DNA of 64,000 bases from a phage: the sequence record PZ452598.1, one strand, 5' to 3'. This document shows positions 1-8,528 of the stretch, in pieces. Each line of letters starts with the position of its first letter. The stretch's first letter is position 1. The translations under genes were made by a program, and so were the position numbers. The notes beneath the pieces were generated by a model that had not been told where the DNA came from, ran no database searches, and saw only the letters and a list, made by a program, of their open reading frames with translations.

Positions 1-163
1 CATCCCAGTACGCAGTCTGCCAACAGATTTCAGGAACTTCTTTCAGAATATCTTCTTCTGTGCATTTATAACCATGCGCTTTAAATTTTTCAACAAGACT
101 TTCTGGAGTTTCACGAGATAAAGGAACATTCAGCATTTTTAAACGATTGATAAATGGGTTCAT
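1..163 (-). CDS. hypothetical protein, partial: start codon at 161-163, 3-prime end lies beyond the window edge
   Basis: Open minus-strand frame from ATG at 161-163 ([11 protein letters not shown]...) running off coordinate 1; ATGA overlap with stop of upstream ORF. Confidence 0.5.
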
Positions 164-489
164 TTAAACCATCCTTTAATACGCTGCCACAAAGTTTTCT
201 GTTGAGCTTTGTTGACGCCAATTGAGCGAATAACCGGTTGAGATTCCTGGAATTCTTTATAATCAGCAAGGTAAATTTCGTAAGCTGCATCCGTAAATGA
301 ACTTATCGCTGCCATAAAATTATTGCGAATACCTACTGGAGCATCTTTACTTTCACGAATAATCATGTATTTACCAGTCTTAATCTTTACGATAGTTCCA
401 AGATAAGCTCCATGGTACCAAATATCCCAACCCTCTTGAGTAGGTTCTGCGCAACGACGAAGTTCATTGACAATTTCTAACTTGTTCAT
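160..489 (-). CDS. hypothetical protein (109 aa), downstream of motA
   Basis: ORF track; AGGA Shine-Dalgarno 8 nt upstream of ATG at 487-489. Confidence 0.6.
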
Positions 490-499
490 TATTTATTCC

Positions 500-1135
500 T
501 CACAGTTCAGATGCTACAGTGATTACAGCTTCAATGTTTTCTGCCGAGCGTTTAATGTCAAGATACACATTACCGTTTTTAGCGATTTTACATGACATTC
601 CGATGTCAGTAAATTTCTGAATATGATGTTCCATCATTTTGTATCCAAAAATTCGCATATTTCCATTGTTATTAATTTCAAAATTACGAATTCCGTTAGT
701 GCGTTTTTCTAAAATAGCAAGATAATTACTACGATAAATTTCAACCTTTTTAAGAACAAATCCATTTTTATCTAAAAGTTTTAACATGAGGTCTTTATCT
801 TCTTCCATATCGGAAGTAATCTCGCGAGCTTTACGAGTTGCTCGTTTTTTCAGCAGTTCCGGAGCATTTTCCTGTGCATATAAAGTTGCTGCATTTGAAA
901 TAATATCCTGAGCTTCACCAGTAATGATTAATCCATCACCAGATTTCTCCACCAGGCCTTTTTTAATCAATACCCCAATATTACTATTAACTACTGCGTT
1001 ACCTAAATCTGGATGCACCTCACGAACTTCTGCAGCTGTAATGAAATCTTTCTTAGCAATGGTAATTAAAATCGTAGCAGTTTTTTCATTCAGAACATCG
1101 TTAGAAGCTTTGATGATGTAAGTTACTTTAGACAT
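500..1135 (-). CDS. motA: MotA, activator of middle transcription (211 aa)
   Basis: Length and position immediately downstream of gene 52 as in T4; sequence recognised from memory, not database-verified. Confidence 0.8.
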   Translation of the reverse strand: MSKVTYIIKASNDVLNEKTATILITIAKKDFITAAEVREVHPDLGNAVVNSNIGVLIKKGLVEKSGDGLIITGEAQDIISNAATLYAQENAPELLKKRATRKAREITSDMEEDKDLMLKLLDKNGFVLKKVEIYRSNYLAILEKRTNGIRNFEINNNGNMRIFGYKMMEHHIQKFTDIGMSCKIAKNGNVYLDIKRSAENIEAVITVASEL

Positions 1136-1169
1136 TTTCTAATCTCCGTAATTCTGTATCAGTAGTTGA

Positions 1170-1208
1170 TAGTTGTATAGTACCACAGTATGCTTTGGTT
1201 GTAAACCG
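1170..1208 (-). promoter_or_regulatory. early-type promoter (sigma70-like, -35 GTTTAC at 1201-1206) driving motA
   Basis: Minus-strand GTTTAC, 17-nt spacer, GGTACTATAC -10-like element; same cassette recurs upstream of other early genes. Confidence 0.5.
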
Positions 1209-1224
1209 TTTTGTGAAAAAATTT

Positions 1225-1257
1225 TTAAAATAAAAAAGGGAGAGCCTCGGCTCTCCC
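1225..1257 (-). terminator. intrinsic terminator: 8-bp GC-rich hairpin followed by U-run on minus-strand RNA
   Basis: GGGAGAGC-CGAG-GCUCUCCC then UUUUUUAUUUU on the transcribed strand, between gene 52 cluster and motA promoter. Confidence 0.6.
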
Positions 1258-1262
1258 TAAAA

Positions 1263-1412
1263 TTACTGCATGACTGTGATAACTGTCATGATAACACGTT
1301 GAATTCCGAACGCAAGAAGACCTCCTGCTACGGCTGGAACAACGCCTAAACCCGCCAGTAAAATGCTACCAGATACTAATGCAGCGCTTGTAATACCAAT
1401 GAATGGACTCAT
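1263..1412 (-). CDS. small hydrophobic membrane peptide (49 aa)
   Basis: Manual translation MSPFIGITSAALVSGSILLAGLGVVPAVAGG...; ATGA overlap with gene 52 stop; below the 60-aa ORF-track threshold. Confidence 0.5.
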   Translation of the reverse strand: MSPFIGITSAALVSGSILLAGLGVVPAVAGGLLAFGIQRVIMTVITVMQ

Positions 1413-2737
1413 TTGATTTCCTCTAAATCTTTGGTGTATTCAGTAACTACATCAGTAGTTTTCCAATATTCGTTTTCTTCTTTTTTAGCTTTAGCTTCTT
1501 CAGCAAGTTTCTTTGCTTCATCGGAAGTCATATGAAAAATATTCATTCCAACTAGTTTATCAACATAAGAAGAATACATATCGATTTTCGAAAGTTCTTC
1601 GGTCAGTTCTTTACGAGTTTTACCCTGTACAACAATTTCACCTGAAATTACTTTCTTAATGAAATGTGCTTTGGCAAAGGCTAAACGAAAAGCTGACTCA
1701 GTTTCTTTAATTTTGTTATCAATTCGTTTTTGGACATAAGTTTTACGAACTTCAACAAAGTCTTTAATTAAATCAACTACGTTATCGTAAACTTGCAGCT
1801 TTCCTTTCTCATTAATAACCGTAATATTCTGGGAACGACGCTCAATCAGTCCGAAGTCTTTCATAATTTTTGCATGGCGTTCTTCTTCGTTATCGCTCAA
1901 AGAATATTCTTTGCGGAATTTAACTTTGAAGCCAAAACCATGCTCACCACAAGCATCATCCCATGTAATGAAGCCTTTATCTTCAAGTGGGTCTAAGATT
2001 TTACTCACATAAGTTTCACGATCATACTTATACGGAATCTCAGTGATATGCATTTGAGTTCGTGAAGTAAACTTATATGTTCCACGAATTTCATATTGCC
2101 CATCAATTTCAACGACTTCACCACGAAATTCTGGGAATTCTACTTTCGGTTTAGTTACTTTCTTTCCTTGAAGAGCTTGCAGTACAGCTTTCTTGACAGA
2201 AGAAACACTATGAGGAAGAATGTAAGTTGCATAACCAGTTGCAATACCGGAAACGCCATTAAGAAGAACAGTAGGAATAATAGGCAAATAGAAAGCAGGC
2301 GGAATGTGTTCTTTATCTTGATGTACCGGAGCATATTCAGTATCTTTATATACGTTATAGAAATTTTTACTTACACGAGCAAAAATATAACGACTTGCCG
2401 CTGCCTTTTGGACAGTACGAGAACCAAAGTTTCCTTGACCATCTAACAGAGGAAAGTTATTATTCCAAGTATTAGCCATCAAAGCACCTGCGTCTTGTGC
2501 AGAGTTTTCACCATGATGATATCCAAGGTCCGCTACACCACCTGCAATAGAAGCGAGTTTGTGAAACTTATCTTTATTTCCTCGTGCCAAATCAAGAGCT
2601 CGAGCAATAACAAATCGTTGAACTGGCTTAAATCCATCAATCATATTTGGGATAGCACGATTTTCAACCGTGTACATAGCATAAGCCAATGCTTCATTAT
2701 CAATGATACTTTTTAAATCGCGATTATTCAGTTGCAT
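1409..2737 (-). CDS. 52: DNA topoisomerase II medium subunit gp52 (GyrA-like breakage-reunion subunit, 442 aa)
   Basis: 442-aa ORF; length and sequence match recalled T4 gp52; partners with gp39/gp60 elsewhere in window. Confidence 0.9.
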   Translation of the reverse strand: MQLNNRDLKSIIDNEALAYAMYTVENRAIPNMIDGFKPVQRFVIARALDLARGNKDKFHKLASIAGGVADLGYHHGENSAQDAGALMANTWNNNFPLLDGQGNFGSRTVQKAAASRYIFARVSKNFYNVYKDTEYAPVHQDKEHIPPAFYLPIIPTVLLNGVSGIATGYATYILPHSVSSVKKAVLQALQGKKVTKPKVEFPEFRGEVVEIDGQYEIRGTYKFTSRTQMHITEIPYKYDRETYVSKILDPLEDKGFITWDDACGEHGFGFKVKFRKEYSLSDNEEERHAKIMKDFGLIERRSQNITVINEKGKLQVYDNVVDLIKDFVEVRKTYVQKRIDNKIKETESAFRLAFAKAHFIKKVISGEIVVQGKTRKELTEELSKIDMYSSYVDKLVGMNIFHMTSDEAKKLAEEAKAKKEENEYWKTTDVVTEYTKDLEEIK

Positions 2738-2741
2738 AAAT

Positions 2742-2882
2742 TTACCATACTAGTGAATGTAGTGCCATAATAACATCAGAAATGAAAAGCACGACTTGAA
2801 TTAATCCGAACATTACTCCGTAATATAGTGCTACCAATAAAGCAGCAAGGGCTAATGAATAGCCCAAGATTTTCTTAATCAT
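2742..2882 (-). CDS. small membrane peptide (46 aa)
   Basis: Manual translation MIKKILGYSLALAALLVALYYGVMFGLIQVV...; start overlaps stop of the ac-like ORF. Confidence 0.45.
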   Translation of the reverse strand: MIKKILGYSLALAALLVALYYGVMFGLIQVVLFISDVIMALHSLVW

Positions 2883-3030
2883 TAGATAACAACACAAATG
2901 TTAAATATGCACACATACCCTGGGCTAAAGCTTGTGAAAACACACTGCTAGCATCGATACAGATAGTTAAAACACATGCTACTATCCAACAAATAAATGA
3001 AATAACTCCTAATAATTTTGCAATATTCAT
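2875..3030 (-). CDS. ac: acriflavine-resistance membrane peptide Ac-like (51 aa)
   Basis: 51-aa hydrophobic ORF (MNIAKLLGVISFICWIVACVL...) between gene 52 and stp, size as T4 ac. Confidence 0.55.
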   Translation of the reverse strand: MNIAKLLGVISFICWIVACVLTICIDASSVFSQALAQGMCAYLTFVLLSND

Positions 3031-3037
3031 ATTTTCC

Positions 3038-3118
3038 TCACTGGCGTCCGAAGACGCCTTTAGTTTTAAGATTGTTACGATAGAACTGCATCACGTGTTC
3101 GTTATGGAAATTACTCAT
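3038..3118 (-). CDS. stp: Stp, 26-aa peptide (activator of host anticodon nuclease / anti-restriction)
   Basis: Manual translation gives [26 protein letters not shown], matching the recalled T4 Stp peptide; TAATG overlap with ndd stop. Confidence 0.8.
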
Positions 3119-3573
3119 TAATATGCCTGTAAAACAAATTTAAAGTTATCAGCCAACATACGGTTCATTTCTTCGAGTGTTTGATACTCAGAATGATGAT
3201 TACGAGTAAACGCCAAAGCTAGCTGACCTTTTCCAAATCCCGTCGTTAGAGGTTTCATCTTAGAAGCAGGCAGATAAAACACTGTGTATGGAACATTGTT
3301 ATTTGCAATAGTACGCGCAAGTTGAGACCGGCGTTGACGAATATGACTTAAAACCGCACTGAATCCTTGCTTAGAACGCTGATTACCTACATAAAATCGT
3401 GCAGATACGCATGGATTACTAAATGGACCACCGAGTTTACTCACTAAAAAGTAAAATCCAGGTTTAGATAAAATATCTTTATGCGGAGTTCCTAAAAACC
3501 ATTCACCACCCTTGATTGTACCAATAACAGTAGCGCCTGCATCATTCAGATCAGTAACAGTCATATATTTCAT
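3118..3573 (-). CDS. ndd: Ndd, nucleoid disruption protein (151 aa from Met at 3571-3573)
   Basis: ORF 3118..3621 in track; internal Met with GAGGAAATTAAT SD gives 151 aa, the T4 Ndd length. Confidence 0.75.
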
Positions 3574-3633
3574 ATTAATTTCCTCTAAATTATTTTCTAC
3601 TCCAAGGCCGCATGAATACACACGGCCATTAAA

Positions 3634-3849
3634 TTACTCGTCGCAGTCGACGCTCAATTCCCAAAACTCTTCTACAGTATAAGTTTCAGTATCATTTTCA
3701 ATACAGAAACGTTCATTACTATTATTTGCTAAAGTAGCATTAACTGTCATTTTTTCGCTAGTGCTCTTAAGAGGTGAAATACGAATTAACTGATCACCGT
3801 TATCTAAACAAAAAATTTCACCAACTTTTACATCTTTAAAACTTTTCAT
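3634..3849 (-). CDS. hypothetical protein (71 aa)
   Basis: ORF track; in the ndd-denB small-gene block. Confidence 0.5.
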   Translation of the reverse strand: MKSFKDVKVGEIFCLDNGDQLIRISPLKSTSEKMTVNATLANNSNERFCIENDTETYTVEEFWELSVDCDE

Positions 3850-3964
3850 AATTCACCTCAAGGAGTATAAAATCCAAATGCAGTTGTTGACCATCCCATC
3901 CAATATGGAAAATTTACACCAATGTAAAACATAAGAATATAAAACCAACCGCTCAGCAAATTCA

Positions 3965-4183
3965 TCATTTTACACCATTCCAAATTGTTTCAACCACGGA
4001 TTTTAAACCATTTTGATGAATATCCATTCCTACTACCGCCATCAAATAAATTCCAACTACAACTGAACCTAAGGCAAAAATCAGCATGAAAATGAATAAA
4101 GCCGGAAAAATATTATCGAAAAACCATTCAATAAATGTAAAAGCACTGCGTTTACGCTTCATATTTTCCTCACATAAATCCAA
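3965..4183 (-). CDS. hypothetical small membrane protein (72 aa)
   Basis: ORF track; hydrophobic segment FPALFIFMLIFALGSVVVGIYLMAV. Confidence 0.5.
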   Translation of the reverse strand: MDLCEENMKRKRSAFTFIEWFFDNIFPALFIFMLIFALGSVVVGIYLMAVVGMDIHQNGLKSVVETIWNGVK

Positions 4184-4636
4184 AGTAAACGTTTAATACA
4201 TCAATCATTAAAACGATTGGGAATATACTCAAAACTATTAGTATTATAACTACATTCCATATAGCTTTAATAATCTTTTTCATTTTCTGTTCCTCCATAG
4301 TTGATAGGGTAATAGTACCACGGAAGAACAGTCTTGTAAACAACTTTTTTAAAAATATTCGTAATAAATGTGAATACCAACTACTACCGCTGAAACCTGT
4401 GCAACCCACCACGCACAAGCAATAAGTACAGAATTCAAAATTTTCATAATAACCTCATTACAAAAGTAAATGTTAAACAAATTACTGGAATACTAATTAA
4501 CCAAACAAAACACCACCATAATGAACTCATAGTTCAATCTCAGCGATTTTCATTTTATTCTCCAAATCCGTATCAGTAGTTGATAGTTGTATAGTACCAC
4601 GGTCCTTGTGGTATGTAAACTGTTTTGTGAAATTTT

Positions 4637-5194
4637 TTAAATGGAAAGATACCATCCGTTGTAGTTGCTTTTTCTTACAACTTTACGAAGGTCTTCTCTG
4701 TCACCGATGAACTTCGGAGTGTACTGGATGACACCTGGATGAATTTCTTTAGTGTTGAATATAATTATACAGTCAGCGACTTGATGATTTAGAATGGGCC
4801 CTAGATTTATTCCAGAACCATATGGATACTCTCCGCTGCATCCCGTTGTTACCGAAATCCAACGTGAGTCAGTTTGATGTGTCTTAACTTCTACACGAAG
4901 CCCGCAGTATTTTGGATGAGCCAATACATCCCATGCATATGTGTACGGATCATCGACATCCTCTTGGCCTTTATTGACATATCCACTCAACCAATCTGCC
5001 ACAAAAAACTCTGCGTACACAGCGATACGGCATCTTTCGATAACTTCTGCCTTATCTTGATTTGGGTTTTGTTTTAAAGAGTATCTTGCAGTATCAGCAA
5101 TTTTGACCTTCATTTCACAGGTCAAGTCACTGTTCGATAGGGTAAATGTCGGAATCTGAAATAGTCTCTGTAACCCAGGATTCGTTTTCTGCAT
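4637..5194 (-). CDS. denB: DenB, endonuclease IV (185 aa)
   Basis: 185-aa ORF at the position and length of T4 denB. Confidence 0.75.
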   Translation of the reverse strand: MQKTNPGLQRLFQIPTFTLSNSDLTCEMKVKIADTARYSLKQNPNQDKAEVIERCRIAVYAEFFVADWLSGYVNKGQEDVDDPYTYAWDVLAHPKYCGLRVEVKTHQTDSRWISVTTGCSGEYPYGSGINLGPILNHQVADCIIIFNTKEIHPGVIQYTPKFIGDREDLRKVVRKSNYNGWYLSI

Positions 5195-5249
5195 TTAAAC
5201 TTTCCTTTATGTCGGAATCACCGATATTCATATAAATCATAATTTCTCT

Positions 5250-5275
5250 TAAAACAAAAGGGCCGAAGCCCTTTA
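5250..5275 (-). terminator. UUCG-tetraloop hairpin followed by U-rich tract (terminator-like)
   Basis: AAAGGGC-UUCG-GCCCUUU then UUGUUUU on minus-strand RNA, between the 64-aa ORF and denB. Confidence 0.45.
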
Positions 5276-5277
5276 TT

Positions 5278-5472
5278 TTACTTGAATTGTGCAATTCTTT
5301 TCTCTAGACATTCAGCATAAGATTTCATTGAGATGAACTGCGAAAGTAGCAGTTCTTGCTCAACTGCGCTAACTGTTAGAAACTTTGCGCTTTCTAAAAA
5401 TTTGCTCAGTGCATTAATTTTGAGCATTAATTGATCGTATTCTTCTTTTACTCGTGCTTGATAACCTAACAT
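5278..5472 (-). CDS. hypothetical helical protein (64 aa) lying where rIIB would be expected
   Basis: ORF track; preceded by TAAGGAAAATT-ATG translation initiation region; flanked on both sides by GGGCUUCGGCCC hairpins. Confidence 0.55.
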   Translation of the reverse strand: MLGYQARVKEEYDQLMLKINALSKFLESAKFLTVSAVEQELLLSQFISMKSYAECLEKRIAQFK

Positions 5473-5500
5473 AATTTTCCTTAGTTAAGGGCCGAAGCCC

Positions 5501-6928
5501 TTATTTAAATTGTTCAGTAACGTCTTCAACTACTTCATATTGGCAGGTACGCATTTTAGCATCGTTGTAATCAATCGGAATTGATACTACATCGCGAGGA
5601 TGAACTTTAACTTTTACAACTCGGCTGGTTGAACTACCAAAGTGACGAATATAAGATTTAGAACACACATGCAAACCACGAGAACAAGTTTGTGTATCAT
5701 CGTCATTCACACGAGTACGTGGCATTTTAACTACTTTACCCGGACTGTTATCAAAGGTGTTTGAGTGACAGTCAAAGTAATTGCTGCGAACTACTTTCCA
5801 AGCATAGAAGTAACCATCTTCTGTAATTTCAATATCGTTTGCTACCAAGAAATCAAAGAGTCGAGATACCGCTTTTTGGCTTGGGTTTTCCAACAGATTT
5901 TCCAAGAACGGAAAATAAAATTCAAAGTTTTCGCCTTTTTCCATCGAGTCAAGAATACGATCAACCAAACCAGACCGCAATTCAATATTTTGATAGAACA
6001 AGCTTCCACCTTCAATTCGAACATCGCCGGAAATATATTTTTCAACAGCACGACGAACATTAATTTTTTGTGCCGCTTCTTCCAACTTATCCGCTACAAG
6101 CAGATTAAGAATTTCCTGGAAGTTTGAATGAGTATTAGGAGTTGCGTTATAAGTTACGCCATCAACAGTAATTGAAATGAATTTTTTAGATGCATTCCAA
6201 ATAATGTCAGATTTAGCAACTGGAGCAATAACTGCATCGCTATTAACTTTAACTGTAATATCACCGCTAATAGTCATCAAAATCCGGAAAATAATCATTT
6301 CGCGGTCAAGACCATTAATGATAGCCAAATCTTTGAACGGTCGCATGATATAAGAAACTTCATAAGCAAAGTTTCTAAAGTCTTTTTCTTCAACTGGAAC
6401 TACGATTTCAATACCAGTTTTATCATCTGGACCCATTTCTTTTACGAATGTAGGTTTAATCTGTGGACCATCACCATCCATGTAAGCTACATAACCACGA
6501 ATTTCACCTTTATGATACGAAGTAATACTAAACGTATCAGTATAACTAAACGGAGATTTAGAACCTAAACCAAATCCGCCAATAAAGTCATTAGATTCAG
6601 CTTTAGATGAACTGAAGTATGAATTATACAACCCAGGAGAATTATCATCACCTTGAATATCAAAATCACTCATACCCGGACCAAAATCTCGACAAACAAA
6701 TCGTGGGTCTAAACGTCCAGGAACTTGTATGATAAATTTTTCAGGATTTCCATTAAGTGCATGAGCATCAATCATGTTAGTAATCAATTCACGGACTACT
6801 GCGCGAATCTTGTTTGTATACAAATCAGATGACAGAATTTTAAATACTTTAGGAGATGCTGTGATGCTAAATGCTTTTGATTTAGAACCATTACCAAGAA
6901 TTGTTTCTTTTTCAGTGGTGATAATCAT
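5501..6928 (-). CDS. rII-locus protein (475 aa): rIIA-like N-terminal GHKL ATPase domain; atypical length, possible in-frame rIIA-rIIB fusion
   Basis: GHKL motifs [26 protein letters not shown] in first ~125 aa; sits at the rIIA position next to rIIA.1 and gene 60 but is about 250 aa shorter than canonical rIIA. Confidence 0.7.
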   Translation of the reverse strand: MIITTEKETILGNGSKSKAFSITASPKVFKILSSDLYTNKIRAVVRELITNMIDAHALNGNPEKFIIQVPGRLDPRFVCRDFGPGMSDFDIQGDDNSPGLYNSYFSSSKAESNDFIGGFGLGSKSPFSYTDTFSITSYHKGEIRGYVAYMDGDGPQIKPTFVKEMGPDDKTGIEIVVPVEEKDFRNFAYEVSYIMRPFKDLAIINGLDREMIIFRILMTISGDITVKVNSDAVIAPVAKSDIIWNASKKFISITVDGVTYNATPNTHSNFQEILNLLVADKLEEAAQKINVRRAVEKYISGDVRIEGGSLFYQNIELRSGLVDRILDSMEKGENFEFYFPFLENLLENPSQKAVSRLFDFLVANDIEITEDGYFYAWKVVRSNYFDCHSNTFDNSPGKVVKMPRTRVNDDDTQTCSRGLHVCSKSYIRHFGSSTSRVVKVKVHPRDVVSIPIDYNDAKMRTCQYEVVEDVTEQFK

Positions 6929-6938
6929 AATTTCCTCA

Positions 6939-7142
6939 TTAATTCATATTACGCTTAATAACTTCAGCAACTTCTAGTAGTTCATCTTTAGTTGCGGTGT
7001 CGGATTGAATTTTATCTCTAATATCTTTAAAGCGGGTTTTAAATTCTTCGGCTTCTCCCATATCGAAAAAGCGTTGAATGATTCTATATTCTCGATGAAC
7101 TGCTTTATCAAAAAGTTCTAAATTTACTTTATATGATTTCAT
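6939..7142 (-). CDS. hypothetical protein (67 aa), rIIA.1 position
   Basis: ORF track; between gene 60 and the rII ORF as T4 rIIA.1. Confidence 0.6.
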   Translation of the reverse strand: MKSYKVNLELFDKAVHREYRIIQRFFDMGEAEEFKTRFKDIRDKIQSDTATKDELLEVAEVIKRNMN

Positions 7143-7165
7143 TTCAATATCCTCATTTGCCCAAT

Positions 7166-7199
7166 TAATTATACCACATCCTTGTGGTAAAGTAAACTA
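7166..7199 (-). promoter_or_regulatory. early promoter (-35 GTTTAC 7192-7197, -10 TATAAT 7168-7173) for rIIA.1 and the rII ORF
   Basis: Consensus GTTTAC, 17-nt spacer, G-TATAAT on minus strand. Confidence 0.6.
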
Positions 7200-7729
7200 C
7201 TGGCTCATCCATTCTTTACGAAGGTCAGCATTATCTCCCATGAGCATTTCAAAAAGCTCTTTCCAGTTCTCAGGAAGTTTAACAACATCATATACTGGGT
7301 TTTGAATCATCTCACGATATTCAGATTTTTCCAAAGAGCCAAGTCCCTTAATATAACGGATGCTATGTTTAGGTAGAGCATCTTTGGCACTCTCATATTC
7401 AGCGACTGTATAAAACCATTCTTGTTTTTTACCGACCTGAGCGATGATTACAGGAGTTTTGACAAAGCGAATTCGTCCTTGCTCAAACAATTCTGGCCAA
7501 TTACTAAAAAATCCGAGCAGAGAAGGATAAATAGAACCTAATCCAATAATCTCTTAATTATGAGGTATTTCTATAGATAGCCCGAAGGCTATCCATCGTG
7601 ATCTGCGTCTGTCATAATAGCGACATTCGCATAGTTCATTGAAGAGGATTTAATAGAACGACGAACATTGTTCTGCAATTTATATTTTTTCATATCAACG
7701 CTAGAAGAATCAATTTTTACAAATTTCAT
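7197..7729 (-). CDS. 60: DNA topoisomerase II small subunit gp60 (160 aa) translated across a 50-nt bypassed coding gap
   Basis: Codons 1-46 (7592..7729) end at take-off GGA before UAG; translation resumes at 7541 after landing GGA; 46+114 = 160 aa; sequence matches recalled T4 gene 60. Confidence 0.9.
7542..7591 (-). other. gene 60 translational bypass element (50-nt coding gap)
   Basis: GGA-UAG-CCUUCGGGC hairpin ... landing GGA; explains why the ORF track splits gene 60 into 7589..7780 and 7197..7490. Confidence 0.9.
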
Positions 7730-8528
7730 TATACACCTCATAGAACTTTTCATCAGGAATCCAACCGCGTTTAAATTCATTAAATGCTCGGCCGAATAAT
7801 TTTGAATTCACAGTTATATTATTAACTGATTTCCATTTAGCAACTCCCGTTCGTTTATAATGATCGGGGTCATATTTCGTGACGTACCATTCATATAAAT
7901 TTGGTATTAATTTTACAGCCTCTGGATTTGTCGCTGATTTATTATACCATGGTTTCGCTTTTTCAAGTTCAGCTGCTTTTGCAGTAGCAGCAACAGTATT
8001 TCCAATACCAACTAATTTTTCAGTTTTAATGCGTGGATCATTAACATGAAGACGAAAAACTTCGCCCTTTTCATTTTTAAAGCATGTCATGCCTTTAATT
8101 CCAGGAAGCTTAACACCTTTATTAACACCGCACCATTCCTTTGGGTTAAATGATCCTTTAATTAATAAGGCGCATTTACCCGATTTAATACTTCTCATTA
8201 AAACTTTATCTTTCATAAAGTTTTTTGACCATTCAGATACTGCTCTTTGATGGTAAATTCTAGCAATTTCATATAATTTACTAGAACGTAAATATTTTTC
8301 AGTGTTTAACATTCTATTCATCGCATATGCCATTTCACGATTACGATGAATTTTATATAGTAGAAAATGTGCTAAAAAGTGTTCACGAAAAGTCAGTTTC
8401 ACCAAATTTTCTTTATCATCAGAACCTCCCATTGATCTTGGAAGGATATGATGAATTTCACCCTTAAATTTAGAAACGCGGGTTTTACCCCGCACTATTA
8501 AGTCATTATAGATTTTTTCGTAATTCAC
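7710..8528 (-). CDS. mobA: HNH homing endonuclease-like protein (272 aa) inserted between genes 39 and 60
   Basis: HNH signature HHILPRSMGGSDD...NLV; position as T4 mobA; overlaps both flanking genes. Confidence 0.75.
   Translation of the reverse strand: MNYEKIYNDLIVRGKTRVSKFKGEIHHILPRSMGGSDDKENLVKLTFREHFLAHFLLYKIHRNREMAYAMNRMLNTEKYLRSSKLYEIARIYHQRAVSEWSKNFMKDKVLMRSIKSGKCALLIKGSFNPKEWCGVNKGVKLPGIKGMTCFKNEKGEVFRLHVNDPRIKTEKLVGIGNTVAATAKAAELEKAKPWYNKSATNPEAVKLIPNLYEWYVTKYDPDHYKRTGVAKWKSVNNITVNSKLFGRAFNEFKRGWIPDEKFYEVYNEICKN

Noticed and set aside
7491-7588. Gene 60 as a frameshifted or interrupted pseudogene
   Set aside because: The interruption is exactly 50 nt, flanked by matching GGA codons with the stop codon and hairpin signature of programmed ribosomal bypassing; the joined product is 160 aa.
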